Origin: Salpingoeca rosetta
Taxonomy: Eukaryota > Protista > Choanoflagellata
Direction: 5' to 3'
Assembly (NCBI GenBank): GCA_033442325.1
Contig: JAWQFM010000010.1
Location: forward strand, 511,437-575,436
DNA length: 64,000 bases
The notes beneath the pieces are model-generated. The model had not been told where the DNA came from and made no database searches. It saw only the letters and a program-made list of their open reading frames with translations. The translations under genes and the position numbers were made by a program. Positions 37,832 to 52,100 of the stretch are shown one piece after another; within the stretch, counting starts at the first letter, position 1; every line of letters begins with the position of its first letter.

Positions 37832-39937
37832 TTATGCTTCAGCTGGCGTCTCGGAACCATCATGGTGCTCCTCACCACCGTCGTCGTCAGCGTGCACGTG
37901 GAAGTCGCGGTCATGTGTGCGAGAGAGGCAGATGGTGTCTGGCGCACCCTCCTCAGCGTGCCGCATGTGCAGTTGTCGCCACTGCGGTGTGACACGATAG
38001 CGTGATGCACGACACCACAGAATGAGGTTGGAGCGGTACCCGTCTGTGATTGCGTCAGCGCCGTGGCGAACACTGCCCGGGTGGATAACAGCACGGCCCT
38101 TCACGTGCTTGTATGTGAGCGTGTGCTTGCGGTGGTTGGGGCGGTGCAGGGCGCCGCAGAATTGGAGCTCCGAGCCCTGGAAAGCATCACAGAGGTTCAC
38201 GTTGATGGTGACGTCACTGTCATCCACGTGCATGTCCAGGTGGCGGTCCTGTTCCGGCCGATATTGCACAACAAAGGCGTGGTGGTTGTCCAGTGGCAGG
38301 TTGCCGTGTGCCGTCTCTGGCAGCAGCACTGACGCTAGCGGCTGCGCCACCTGAGCTGCAAACAAGTCAAACAAGGGCTCCAACCCGATGTCGTCCAGCA
38401 CAAGCCCGTAGTTGTTCATTGAGTTTGGACGCATCTTGGGCAGGCTCGACTGCTCATACGCGTGAACCTCCCGGTCCAGACGGTCACAGGCGTCGGCACG
38501 GAGAAACGGCAGCGAAAACACACAGCCCAGGTGCTCGCTGTCCTTGCACGTGGCCAGTGCGCGGAGTGCAGCAGGTCGGTCGTTGCTGCAGAGCGCATCA
38601 AACAGTGATGGATCGAGCCACTCTTGCAACACGTCGCGGGCAAGCGCTCCCTGCTGCCACATGGTGCTCTCAACATACACCGAGGGAGACAGCGACGACA
38701 GTTGTGGTGATTGTGCTTGTGGTTGTTGCTGTGTCTGTTGTGGCGTTTGTTGCTGCGGTGCTGTGAGTTGCGCTGTAGATGAAGAAGAAGAAGAAGAAGA
38801 AGAAGAAGAAGAACGTTTTGCAGCTGGCGTTGGGTGGCCGGCATCAGCCTGATCATGGTGGGGGTCCGTGGGTGGCAGGGTGTTGAGAGCACCTTGGGGG
38901 AGGAGATGAAGGGGAGCGGAGGGGCGATACAGGTTTGGTTGCTGCGTCTGCTGTCGCCACACCTGGGCAGTGCGGTCCCTGTCATACTGCAGCTCGGCCA
39001 TTGCCTCGTACATGTACTGGGGAAGGGCAGCCAGGTTGCGCCGGAACACAAGGATCAGCTCTTGCGCACGCTGCGGCAGATGCAAAGGAGGGCAGCCGTC
39101 GCTGCTGTCATGGTGATGATGGTGATGATGGCTGCAGTTCTCATCGTGGTCGTGGTCGTGGTCGTTGCTGTGGCCGCGGCTGTGGTTGTTGTCCTCCGCG
39201 AGGAGGGCGCGCATTTCGCTGGGCAAGCACGGCATGCACGCAGAGAGCGGGCAGGCGCACTGGTCGCGGTGCGTCGTCCACAGGTGAAGGAGGTCTGCCA
39301 CCGGGGCGTCCACGAGCGGGTGTGGTGGCTCTGGCGCCGGTGCGTGCAGCATGACAAAGGCCAAGGCGATCACCCCGAGCAAAGCGTTGCTGGAGGACGC
39401 GTGCTCAAAGTCGAAGACGTCGGTGAGGGCTGGCACCTCACACTCGGCACACCCGTGCCTGAGCCAGTAGTCGATGAGGTTGTCGGCAACAAACGTGTTC
39501 TGCAAGACATTGGCGTGGCGCATGATGGAGCGGAAGCGCAGGGCAGGGGCCAGCTCCGGGTAGGCCGGAGGCAAGTAGACGGTGGCAATCTTTGGGCACG
39601 CCTCTGTTCCCGCCGCGTACAGGCTTCCGAATTGTGGTTGCAGCTGCAGCGTGTATGCGTAGCCCTCGGCGACATCGGGATCGGGCTCGAGCGACAGCAC
39701 GCCACATGGTGATGGTGATGGTTTGGCGCTGCTGTCGTTGCTGTCTGTCGTTGTCGTTGTCGTTGTCGTCGTCGTTGTTGTCGTCGTCGTCGTTGTTGTT
39801 ACGGCATGGGCGAGGGACGAGATACAGCGCCGGCACTCAACCACGTGGCCCTTGATCACGTCCAAGTTTGGGTGTTTCGTCGCGGCAGTGCTTGGTGGTA
39901 GCTCCGCCACAAACGCCAAAGAGTCGTGCACGCTCAT
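37832..39937 (-). CDS. Single-exon fusion: UBC/UEV-like fold + OGFOD2/ICU11-type 2OG-Fe(II) oxygenase
   Basis: N-terminal part: VYLPPAYPELAPALRFRSIMRHANV (E2 YPxxxP..HPN pattern). C-terminal part: RPNSMNNYG, HHAFVVQY, LDMHVDDSDVTINVNL (HxD), RHGA (distal His) and RSNLILW (2OG-binding Arg). Confidence 0.85.
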   Translation of the reverse strand: MSVHDSLAFVAELPPSTAATKHPNLDVIKGHVVECRRCISSLAHAVTTTTTTTTTTTTTTTTTTDSNDSSAKPSPSPCGVLSLEPDPDVAEGYAYTLQLQPQFGSLYAAGTEACPKIATVYLPPAYPELAPALRFRSIMRHANVLQNTFVADNLIDYWLRHGCAECEVPALTDVFDFEHASSSNALLGVIALAFVMLHAPAPEPPHPLVDAPVADLLHLWTTHRDQCACPLSACMPCLPSEMRALLAEDNNHSRGHSNDHDHDHDENCSHHHHHHHDSSDGCPPLHLPQRAQELILVFRRNLAALPQYMYEAMAELQYDRDRTAQVWRQQTQQPNLYRPSAPLHLLPQGALNTLPPTDPHHDQADAGHPTPAAKRSSSSSSSSSSSSTAQLTAPQQQTPQQTQQQPQAQSPQLSSLSPSVYVESTMWQQGALARDVLQEWLDPSLFDALCSNDRPAALRALATCKDSEHLGCVFSLPFLRADACDRLDREVHAYEQSSLPKMRPNSMNNYGLVLDDIGLEPLFDLFAAQVAQPLASVLLPETAHGNLPLDNHHAFVVQYRPEQDRHLDMHVDDSDVTINVNLCDAFQGSELQFCGALHRPNHRKHTLTYKHVKGRAVIHPGSVRHGADAITDGYRSNLILWCRASRYRVTPQWRQLHMRHAEEGAPDTICLSRTHDRDFHVHADDDGGEEHHDGSETPAEA

Positions 39938-40233
39938 CGCCAATCAAAAGAGAGCTGGAGGGAGATGGGGGAGAGGGAGATGGGGGAGAGGGAGATGGGG
40001 GAGAGACAGAGAGAGGTGCAGGAGAGTTGGAAGAGTTGGGAAGTGGAAATGGGCTGCGTGTGTGTGTGTGAGTGTGTGTGTGTGAGTGTGTGTGTGTGTG
40101 TGTGAGTGTGTTTGCGCAGTCGCTGGCTGATATGCAAAGCAGTGTGCGCGCAACGTGGAGAGTTACAGAACTGTATGCGACGGCATAAATTGTCGACCAG
40201 CAAACCACCCCACAACGACCACGACCACACACG

Positions 40234-41063
40234 ATGGCAGACAAGCAGCAGCAGGGCGGCGAAGGCCAGCAGCAGCAGGAAGGAATCGACATCATGCGTG
40301 TCCCCATGCAGCAGCTGGAGTCTGTTCGCCAGTCGCTCTCCCAGGTGCGGGGGTAGTGTGCCTGTGTACGGGTGTGCGTGTACGTATGAGAATGGGGTGG
40401 TCAAGGACGAAAGATTTGCGTGATGTGTGTTGCATTTGTTGTATGTGTGGTGATATGTGTGGGTGGGGAAGACAAGAAGCACAGTGACCGACATGCCAGC
40501 ATGCTAACACGCACCGTGCTTGGCATTTTATGTGTGTCTTTGTGTGTTTGTGTGTGTCTTTGCGCTGTTTGTAGGAGGTGCAAACGCTGACGACGGCAAT
40601 CAAGTCGCTGAAGCACGCGCAGACCAAGTTTTCCAACAGCCTGGAGTCCATCAAGGTGTGTTGTTGGTGAGGTTGATGCTGGTTTTTGGCGTGTGTATGT
40701 GTGTGTGCATGTGTGTGTGTATGTGTGTGTGGATGTGTGTGTGTGTTTATGTGTGTGCGTGTTGTGGCTGATGATGGTGATGGTGTCTCCTTGTTGCTGG
40801 TTGTATTGAGTGTGAAAGGATTAACAACCAAGCACCCACCGCTTGCTACTGGTTTAATTTGCGTCTGTCGCTCATTCGTCTGCTTTCTGCGTTTCGGGAT
40901 ATCACAGCAAGTGACCCCGGAGAGCGCAGGCAAGAAGTCTCTCGTGCCGCTGACAGAGTCGCTCTACGTCTATGCTGAGCTCACCGATCCATCCAAGATT
41001 CTCGTTGACATCGGCACAGGCTACTACGTTGAGAAGGTGTCGTGTGTGCGTGTGTGTGTGTGC

Positions 41064-41100
<37 letters not shown>

Positions 41101-42037
41101 CGTGTGTGTGTGTATGCGTGTATGTAAGTGTGTGTTCGTGTGTGTAATGTGCGTGTGTGACGCGCTTGTGTATGTATGTGTGTATGTATGTGTGTATGTG
41201 TGTGTGTATGTGTGTTAATGTGTGTGCGGGCGTGTGTGTGTATGCGTGTATGTAAGTGTGTGTTCGTGTATGTAAGTGTGCGTGTGTGACGCGCTTGTGT
41301 ATGTATGTGTGTATGTATGTATGTGTGTGTATGTGTGTATGTGTATAACTGTGCTGCGCTGGAGCTTTCATGCAAGCTGCATTTTGCGCGCTCGTCTCTC
41401 CCATTCTCCCCGCAACTGGCTCTATCCAAGTCTTGTGTCGGTGCTCGCCATCGTCTCGACTCATTGACTATGAACGAATCGTGCACATGTCCTCTGCTTC
41501 CCCGAATTATTCATCATGCGAGCAGAGCAAAGAGGACGCCGAGGCATACTTCCAGCGCAAGGTGAAGTTCCTGACAGAACAGCTGCAAGGTGTTCAGGTT
41601 GTCGCCAGCGAGAAGCAGAGGGAGCAAGCAGGTACGCGTGCCTTCATATGTGTGATCCACGTGACCGTCTCTCCGTCTCTCCACTGGTGGCTGTTTGTTT
41701 CGTTTCGTCGTGCGCGTGTGTTTGCCACGTGGTCAACCATTATCAATGTCACAAAGCACCGCACGCAGCACTCTGCTCTCGTTCTAGCCATCTGTGTGTG
41801 TGTGTGTGTGTGTGTGTGTCTGTCTGTCTCTGTCTGACTGCGTCCCTGTCCGTCCGTTCGTCTGTCTGTCTGACTGCGCGCCTCCCCGTCCGTCTGTCTG
41901 TCTCTCCTTCTCATCACCACGGCCTCCACCACCTCCTTCCACAAACGCGTGCAGCTGTTGCTGAGGCGTACCGCATTCGTATGGCCCAGCAGCAGCAGCA
42001 GCAGCAGTCTGGTGCTGACTCTGCTTCGTCCTCGTAA
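40234..42037 (+). CDS. PFDN5: Prefoldin subunit 5 (alpha type)
   Basis: Five exons, including [39 protein letters not shown]. Confidence 0.93.
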
Positions 42038-42617
42038 GCCACGCAGCACCCAACGCCCCACACCAAGGGGCAACATCAGCAACAGCTTAGTGTGTGTGTG
42101 TGTACGTGAGGTGTGCATGTGTTGTTCGTGTGAATGGTGGTGTCTGCGATATGTGTGTTTTCGTATGTATGTGAACGTGTTGTGTGTGCTTGTGGCTCCT
42201 TGTTGCGTGTTTTTCCGTGAAAGCAAGCGTGTGTGCCTGTGTGGCCGTCAGTGCTAGCGACGATCCTGCCTTTGTCGTGTGTGTGTGTGTGTCATAGGCG
42301 GTTCATACAACAAGCGTGTCGCCGTGCGCGGGTGTATTTGGGGAGCACAGTACACAGGAGCGAAAGAAAGCGTTGGCCTATCGAGCAAAGGGGAAATGGG
42401 AAGGGGGAGTGTTGGCAAGACAGTTGCAGGAGAGAGCGAGGGGGGGGGGGTTATGTGCGTGCGAGCAAGTGTGTGTCATGATGATATGGACAAGGGAGAA
42501 GAAGAGTGGAATTGAGAAAAAGAAGGGAGCAAAGGGGGTAAGGTGGTGCAAGATGGTGTTGTGAGCGACGCGTGGTGTGTGGCACGGAGTCATTCATCAC
42601 ATCAGCCACGTCACACA

Positions 42618-42804
42618 TCAGTCCCTCTTCTTGTTCTTCTTTGTCGATGGTGATGCAGGAGAGGATGATGGCCAGAGGAGGAACAGCAAGGCCGCGTTGA
42701 TGACGTAACTCGACACACACACGGCGCAGAAGTCCTCAAGCACAAACGCCAGGATATACGCTGAGATGCGAGAGGGACATTGTGGTGTGGTGAGTGTGTG
42801 TGTA

Positions 42805-42882
<78 letters not shown>

Positions 42883-43250
42883 TGTGTGTGTGTGTGTGTG
42901 TGTGTGAGTGTGTGTGTGTGAGTGAGTGTGTGTGTGTGTGTGTGAGTGAGTGTGAGTGAGTGAGTGAGTGTGAGTGAGTGAGTGAGTGTGAGTGAGTGAG
43001 TGAGTGAGTGAGTGAGTGAGTGAGTGAGAGGGATGACGGGTGTACAGGTGTGTGCAGGAGGACGCTTTCGTACATGATGGCAACTGCACTTACCCAGGTA
43101 GGCGCACATGCCCACCGCAACAAGTGTGGCCTGTTGGTGTCACGGGCACAGAGGTGACGGTGCAAGACGAGAATGAACGGGCGTGGTTGGCGTTGAGAGG
43201 GCCATGAAAGCGCACGTACGCAAGACAGGCAGAAGGAGAGTTGCATACAC

Positions 43251-43297
<47 letters not shown>

Positions 43298-43595
43298 CAG
43301 ACAGACACATCGTCGTACCGCAAAGCACATGAGGTCGAGAACGCGCGAGCGCGGGAGAACGAGCTCCTTGACCAGCAGCGCAACGTAGAAGAGGATGCCA
43401 TAGTAGGGGTTGGGCATGTTGAGCGGCGAGTCCTCACCAAGCAGCGGCGCGATAATGCCTGTGCATGCACATTGCGTGTGTGTGTGCGCGCGTGTGTGTG
43501 CGCGCGCGTGTGTGTGGTGTGAAAGTGAGTGCGTGATACGGGCTGGCAATGAGCTCCACACACACACACATACACACACGCACAGGCACAGACAT

Positions 43596-43628
<33 letters not shown>

Positions 43629-43842
43629 CACACACACATACACACACACATACACACACGCACACAGAGCATCGTACCGTAGCCGCGACCCCACTGGCTT
43701 GTAAACACCCGCGTGCAAGACATGTGTTCCGAGATGTCTGCGCATCACGCGGGCAAGTCGCAGTGAGACCAGAGCGAGAGGAGGAGGTGGAGAGAGGTGA
43801 TACAAGGGGGAGATGGGGGAAGAGGACACAGGCAGCCAGATT

Positions 43843-43878
<36 letters not shown>

Positions 43879-43901
43879 CACAGACACAGACACAGACACA
43901 A

Positions 43902-43932
<31 letters not shown>

Positions 43933-44083
43933 GAGAGAAAAGCACAGCACAGCACATCCCATTGCACGACGTACCGCATGGCGCCTTGTAGTCCTCGTGC
44001 GTCGTGGCCTCGTGTTCCACGTAGAGGGCAAACGCGCACACACCCACGCCTGCCAGTGCGGTCAGAATCACAAGCAGCGACAT
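42618..44083 (-). CDS. VKORC1: Vitamin K epoxide reductase (VKORC1/VKORC1L1-like)
   Basis: ALYVEHE..YKAPC/DISEHMSCTRVFTSQWGRGY/G..LGEDSPLNMPNPYYGILFY/..LEDFCAVCVSSYVIN. All four redox Cys are present and there is a basic C-terminal tail. Confidence 0.9.
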
Positions 44084-44250
44084 TTCCGTTGTTGTTTGTC
44101 GTCGTCGTTGATGTTGCTTGGTGTGGTGTTAATGGATGGGGTGCAATGAAGAAAAACAATGTTGCGCATTGACCTGATTGCTGGATTGATGGCTCACACC
44201 TTTACTATGTTCTGACTCCACTGCACTCTCGCACTGACACCACCTCGTCA

Positions 44251-44335
<85 letters not shown>

Positions 44336-44483
44336 GGTCAAGCGGGGAAGAAGCTATGAGAAACAACACCCGCAAGGAAGGAAACATAGGGATGGATGAT
44401 GATAAGATGATGACATGGTGCTGCTGTTGTGTTGTGTTGTTGTGCTGTTGTGCTGTTGTGTTACTGTGCACGTGGCACGAGGC

Positions 44484-46308
44484 TTAGAACGCCTTGCGCT
44501 TTGCGCTCTTGCGGCCCTTGCGTGCCCCCTGCTGTGCAGACTTGACAATGTTCTTGAACGTGCTCTCTGCCTTGGCCTTTTTCCTGTGGTCATGCAAACG
44601 TGTATGTGTGTGAGCGTGTGTGTGCACGCGAAGCATGAAGGACCACAACGACGAACCTGCGCCAGAAGTTGTGCCGCAGGCGCGCGCGCGCACACACACA
44701 CACATACACACGCACAAACAAACAGACACACAGGCACGCACACGCACAAACAGACACCCCAACACGCACCTCCTGTTGAGCATGCCAGCGTCCATGGGCA
44801 GATATGCAAACGGCATCACATTCTGGCCCTTCTTGCGCATGTCACCAGCCGCTTTCTGCAGTCGCAACCAGCATAGGTGCAGGGTACGTGTGTGTACGAG
44901 CATGGGTGTTTATACATGTGCATGTGAGTATGGGAAGAACAATGGTTCGATGGAGCGGGGCAGCAGCAAGCACAAGCGTCAGTTTCCAGGCCACCTCACA
45001 CGGATGGTGAGAGGAAGTACGCACACACACAGACAGATAGGCAGACAGACAGACAAATAGGCAGACACACTCACTCACAGACGAATAGGCAGACACACAC
45101 ACACACAGACAAATAGGCAGACACACACACACACAGACAAATAGGCAGACACACACACGCACACACACACACATTGACACACACGCACGCACCTTGGATC
45201 TGAACTCTGAACCAAGACCGCCACGGGCGTCCTTGTTCTTCTTTCCCTTCACCGCTGCCGCCTTCTCCTGCGCCTTCTGCGCCTTAAGTGCTTGTTTCTG
45301 CTGCTTCTTGGTGTTGACGCGCGCGCGCTTCGTGTTCAGCTCACCGCCTTCCTCATCATCGCTGCTGTCCTCGCCGTCATACGCACCATCGCCCCACTTC
45401 TCTGCCTCGAGGGCCGCTTGCTCAGCCATCCTGACAATCACGGCACGGCAGCGTTGCAGCGATGATGGGAACACATTTGATGCGTACGTGAGCATGTGTG
45501 CATGTGCATGAGCATGTGCATGTGCATGTGCATGTGCATGTGTGTGTGCATGCGCACGCTCCCGGTCGTCGGGTTGACCACGCGCCAAGTTCGCAGGATG
45601 GGTCAACTCACGCTTTGCGGTCGCGATGAATGCCGCGGCCAAACGTCAGGCCACCGGCGCCCTCGTTCTCCTCCGCATCATCATCATCGCCATCGTCGTC
45701 GAAGTCATCCACCATGTCCATGCCTGCAAGCATTCACGCGCAAGCATCAGTTGCATTCGAAAGCAAAAACAACAACAACAACAAAAAAGATGGCGTGATG
45801 TGTGGGGTGACGCACAGCGAGAGTTCTCCGTGCGCGTGCAATCACAGTCGACTGTAGGGCGTTGGAGTGCTGGATGTGTATGTTGTGTCGCTCTTACCGG
45901 CACCAGGGACGAGATGGCGCTTAGACAGACGGCCCTTCTTGCCTGTGGGGGCAACAGCGCAATGGCAAGCAACTTCGTGAGCCATCCACGACACACTGAC
46001 ACAGACGCACACACACACACATACACACACAGAGACACACACACAGACACAAGCACAGACACACACCAAAAACAACTATCCTTCCCCCTTCACAAAAGTA
46101 CGGCATGGCTGGTGGGCGTACCGTGCTGGAGCTCTTCAAGGTCTTCAACAAGGAGACGGCCGTCGTCAAGCGACTTGATGTCATCAGAGTCAATCTTGTC
46201 CCCCTGACATACGCATGCACACACATACACACGCACACACATACACACGCACACACACACACACACACACACGCACACACACACACACATACACACGCAC
46301 ACACACAC

Positions 46309-46347
<39 letters not shown>

Positions 46348-48148
46348 TTCAGATGCACACATGCATACACGGACAGGGGATGGTGCACACGTGAACACAT
46401 GTCGCGAACAAGTGCAAAGTGCAGACACGCAATCACGCTGACACAGACATAACACACACACACACGCACATGCACACACACACACACAAAGTAGACCACC
46501 ACTGCCATGTACGAACCTTTGTGCCCTTCTTCTTTGATGCCTTTGACTTGAGGCGGGAGGCAGCCTTGATATCTGAGGTGATGTTCGAGAGAATGCCACG
46601 GTCCATCAGGTCCAGTGGCGTGTCGTCCTGTTTTCGTCAAACACAGCAGCCGCGATCACAGTGGTGGTGGTGTGTGTTGTGTGATGTGTGTGTGTGTGTG
46701 TGTGCGTGTTGTGTGATGTGTGTGAGTTACGTGTGAGATTGGGCACACCAATCTAGCTAGGATGGAACAACGTGATAACCGAGGTGAACAATCATCCCTT
46801 GGCAATACTTTGGTGATGCGTGCAAACCAGCCAACGAGAGGGTACACATGCACCACGTGCACATGGCACAGCGAAGGCAAGGCGCGCGCGGTGCACCTCG
46901 GCATCGTCGCGAAGGAACGTCTTGACTGTGGACGCCTTGCGCACCAAGTTGCCCTGAGCATCAAACTCTGTCAACAAGAGCAGATCAACAAAAGAAGCAG
47001 AGCAAGACCAAGCACGGCAAGAGCAGGGGCAACATAGAGCAGCATGAAACATGCGTGTGTGTGTTTGTGATGGAGTGTAGGTGAGGCGTATGATTTGAGT
47101 CAGTGCATGTGTTTGAAGCGTGCATGCGCGTGCGATATGGTGTGCTTGCATGCAACAAAAAGCAGCTGTGTGTGTGCGTGTGTGCGTGCGTGTGAGCGTG
47201 ACTCATCAGCAACGTTGTCACTCCAAGGTCCCAAGCAATGCCGCACCTTGGACGTCATTGTCATCGTCATCGTCGTCGTCGACAAAATCCTTATCGTCCA
47301 TAATCTCTTGGAACGACAGGTTCCCGCGCTTTGTGCGCACACGCCCCTCGCCCTGAACACACACACATACATAAAAAGGGATGATTGCAAAGTGAGGAAA
47401 GCACAAGCAAGTCAACAGGCCGCAGCGGCTGCAATCACGCGTTCTCCTATCCACGCAACACACACACAGCCACAAACACAAATTTCCACCTTCAACCATA
47501 CATTCAACTGCACACATCGAACAAGACATTGCCCACTGCACCTGTGCGTCCTGCTTGTCGTCGCCCTGCTCGTTCATGCGCGCCTGCTTGTTGCGCTGGT
47601 GGTTCTCGGCCTTGCGGATGTTGGTGATGAGACGGTGGTGCTGCGGCGGCACAATCTCAAGCAGCCGGTCAGACCTGCCAGCAAGCCAGCGAGCGGTCGT
47701 GAGCGGTGGTGGTCGATGCGAGCAGTCAGGCATGCGTTGTTGAGCGGTGGAGGGAGGCACACAACACTCCCTCTCCCCCGTCCCCCCCCCCACACACACA
47801 CGTACCCGTAGCGGCGCACGAGGCGACGAAGGAGGATTTTGATCTTGTCGTGGTGGCGGTGGCGGCGGTCCTTGGGCATGTTGAAGATGGCCTCAACAAC
47901 GCTCTTCATGTGCTTGTCAAATTCGTCGTGGGGAAGCGTCGACATGCACATTGACACATACTCAAGCACGCTCTGGTTGGTGTGGGGTGGGATGGGGGCA
48001 AGGGGGCAGATGCGAGGTGTGAGGAATAACGAGGCAGCGGTACTCGTGTAAAGTCAGCAGTGGACTACACGAACGTGTTGTTGCAACAGGGACAACGGGA
48101 GCAAGTTGGCAGAGCTCACGCACGCCCAGACACTCACAAACACACTCA

Positions 48149-48186
<38 letters not shown>

Positions 48187-49085
48187 CTCTCTCTCTCTGT
48201 CTCTCGCACGCACGCACACGCAAACGCACACACACACACACACAGACACACACACACACAGACACACACACACACACGCACTCTCGCACACAGCCATTCA
48301 CAGCCACACCCATGTACCGACCTTGTTGACTTCACGTGATGGGGATGAGAGGAGGAGGAGAAGCATGGCTGTCGTCTGGTCAAGCAAGTGCTGGCTAAAC
48401 TCCTCCTTGAACTCAAAGATGACGCGTGAGATGCAGGAGACGGTTGCGCTGATCATGTGCGGCGTGGTGCCGGCCAGACCGGCCACGATCATCTGGAACA
48501 GATCATCCATCGTCAGCTCGCATCCCTCCATGCCCTGCAAAGGTGATGAGTGAATAGGAGCGATGTGAGAGCGGGTGGGAGTTGGGGTAGCATAATGTGG
48601 GTGAATTGGTGGTCATTGCACGAAGAACAACTTCATACAGGAAGCAGAGCGCGAGCAAGCGACAGAGGCAGAGGTTCCAACATCCAGTCCACATGCAGTG
48701 CACATGCAGTGCCGCGTGTGCTGACCTGGTGCGCGAGGGCGAGTTCGCACATGAGGATGAGCACCTCGTACGCGACGTCGCGCGTCGCCTCGTTGACCTC
48801 CTTCGACGCCAACATCACCTCCACGAGCGACTCATCAACCGTCGCCTTCAGCCGGCTCGGCTGCACATGCGATGGTGACGACGATAGTGATGGCCGTTGG
48901 TGTGTGAGCAGTGAAAAGGAAAGAAGAACAAGGGGAAGAAACATGAGCGAGAACACACACCCACACACACACACCCACACCCACACCCACACCCACACCC
49001 ACACCCACACCCACACCCACACCCACACCCACACCCACACCCACACCCACACCCACACCCACACCCACACCCACACCCACACCCA

Positions 49086-49133
<48 letters not shown>

Positions 49134-52100
49134 GGTGTCTCTGAGAGAATGGAGTGGATGCACTTGAGGCGCAGGCCTTTGGAGCCGGGGCGGGCAGATA
49201 GCGCGGCGTTCTTGAGCACACCCTGCATAGTGGTGATGGTGGTGGTGATGGTGGTGGTGATGGTGGCGGTCACGGAGTGAGGGGTGGGGGGCGGGGGCAA
49301 ACTTGCCGTGCACGCAGTCAAACAAAGGAACACAGAAGAACAACCAACACCACCACGACCAGTGCCCAGCGAACAACGAAACAGAACAATACAGCGCAAA
49401 GGAACACACGCAGCCAGACGCATCAGCGGCAACAACGTACCTGGAGGTGCTCGAGGTTGTCGAGGAAGAACCGGCGGAGCGGCTGCCTGGATGCCGAGCA
49501 CACGGACAGCAGCAGGCGGTAGCCACGCTTCTGCACCTTCTCCGAGACAGTGTCACGCAGGGAGTACACGAGCACCTTCTTGAGGTGTTCAAGCTGCTCC
49601 GGCTGCTCAAGGTCCGGCACAAGCGCGTTGATGATGTCAAGCAGGCGCAGGCATTGCTGTTGGAGATGGGATGGTGATGCGGGGTTGGTGTGGTGTGATG
49701 TGAGGAGGACGTGCGGGAAGAGGATGAGAGTGGTATGCAGTGAATAGCGATGTTCCCAGCAGCAACATACGCATGTCAATCAGCACACACACACACATGG
49801 ACACACACACACACACATGGACACACACACACACACACAGAGCTTGGCAGGTGGTGCGGACCTCCGATGTCTCGTCGGCCTCGAGGAGCTGCTTGAGTGC
49901 GGACGCGAAATACGGCGACTTTTGCGCCGGCGACATGAGGCCGAAGAACGCCTGCAGCACGTGGCACCACCAACGCGGAGTGGGGGAAGGGGGAAGGAGA
50001 GGAGTGTGTTGTGGAGGGCGCGTGTGAGTGTGTGTGAGTGTGTGTGAGAGAAAGCGGTTGACACTGTGGTGCGGTACAGTCACGAGAAAGTGTGTCAATT
50101 CACGTGAACGTATTCGCATGCGAACCAATAAGTGCAAAAGCGTGCAACTGACGGTGATTGTGTTGTTGAGTGCGGCACGCTTGTCTGTGCTTTGCTCGGC
50201 GAGATACAACCGCAGCAGGATCTGCATGAAGTTGCGGGAGTATTGCGCAATGGCCTTGGCATCCTCCTCCACCTCGCCTGCAGGGGAGCACGATTATTGA
50301 GAGAGAGAGAGAAGGGGGGGGGGTGAGACGTGTGGTGTGACGTTTACAAGTTCGCTCGGACTGTCATGACAGGGGGACGGGCGGAATGTACATACACACA
50401 TGTGCATGCACACACACACACAAAAACAAACAAACAAGCAAACAAGCAAATACACATACATACATACATACATACATACATACATACATACATACATACA
50501 TACATACACACAGACAAACACAAATATGCATGCATGTGTGCATGCACACACATGCACGCACATACACAAGCGCGCATTCGCACGTGTGCGGACCTCGGGT
50601 GGTGATGAGGTTGACGAGTGCCTTGCAGATGACGCCGCGAAGATCGTTGTGGTCGCGCAGGGCGAGGCCAAGCGTCTACAGCGGTGCCAAGCAAATTACA
50701 TGCAGGCAAGTTGAGTATCATACAAAATGCACATATGCATGCAGGCAAGCAGATCATGGCGAGGGCCTGGCGACAAGAGTAACGTGGAAGCCACCACAGG
50801 TTGATTGCACGCGAACAATTGATGTATGAAGACGGTGTGCACCTTTGCAAAGGTGGGGAAGGTCTGTGCTGTGTCGCTCGGGTTGGTGAAGAAGGACGGA
50901 AGCAACAGCCACAGCTGTTGGGCAACATATGAACACAGTGGAGGCGACACAGGGAGATGTGGTGTGAGCATACGAGACGCGCGAGGCCAATATGTTCAAG
51001 GCAACCTTCAACAACGTCCAGCGGCATTTGCAACCAACACACACACACTCACGCACACGCACACACTCACGCACACGCACACACACGCACACACGCACAC
51101 CCTACACAACACCATCACCACCACCACCACCACCACCACCGCTATCAGAGGACGTGCAGTGAGACCTGGAAGTAGAGCTGGTCGTATGTCTTTGCAGCAA
51201 GCGCCTGCCCAGCCTCCTTCGCCGCCTGCTTCCGCTTGTACATGCGCATGGCAAGCGGGAACAGCTCCCGGCTGAAAAACGCAATCTGATCGAGCATGCA
51301 CATGCGTGTTGGTGTGTTGCGTGTGTATGCACGAGTGTTGATTGTGGGTGTACGTGTGTGAGTGAGCAGGGACGTGTGTGAGTGTGTGCATACACACGTT
51401 TGCATACGCGCATGCGTGCACGTGTTTATCGGCGCACAAACACATGGAAATATATCAACGCATGGCAGCAGCAGCAGTGCATGTGACTCACGGTGTTGTT
51501 TGCGACGTTGTCCTTGAGCAGTGGCAGCAGCCACGCGCGAGGGAACTCGCTTTGCTCCTCCTGTAACACAAAGGCGTTGGGTGTTTGTGTGTGTATGTGC
51601 GTGTGTGTGTGTGTGTGTGTGAGGGAGTGAGGCAGGAACAGTGATTAGAGTGAGACGATGAAACAGGAGAGAAGATACACGCAACCAACCACCAACCCAC
51701 ACAAGCATATACGAAACAACGTGACATGTCACCTCTTCTTCGAGCTTGAGAGGAAGGATCTTCAGGAATTCCTCTGCACCGATGGAGCGAATGCAGTGCT
51801 TGATGGTGTCCTCAACATTGCCCTTGCACGACACACCAGGCGTCTCGTGCAGCTGCGCACACGATGAGATGGGGGGGGGGGTCGAGGGTTGGTGTGAGCG
51901 ATGTGATTTGGGGGAGGGGGGGCTTTCACACACGTTTTCACGTATTGCACATACAACGTCAACGTCAACGGGCCACCACCACCACCACCACCAGCACAGC
52001 AAGTGCAACTGCACGAACAACACTACAACTGCCACGATAATCCAACGGACCTGGACGAGGGAGTTGACGAGGCTGCCGAGGTTGGCAATGCGGCAGGCGG

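Noticed and set aside
41090-41345. ~130-bp tandem duplication in a PFDN5 intron
   Set aside because: Degenerate (TG)-rich microsatellite duplication with no evidence of function.
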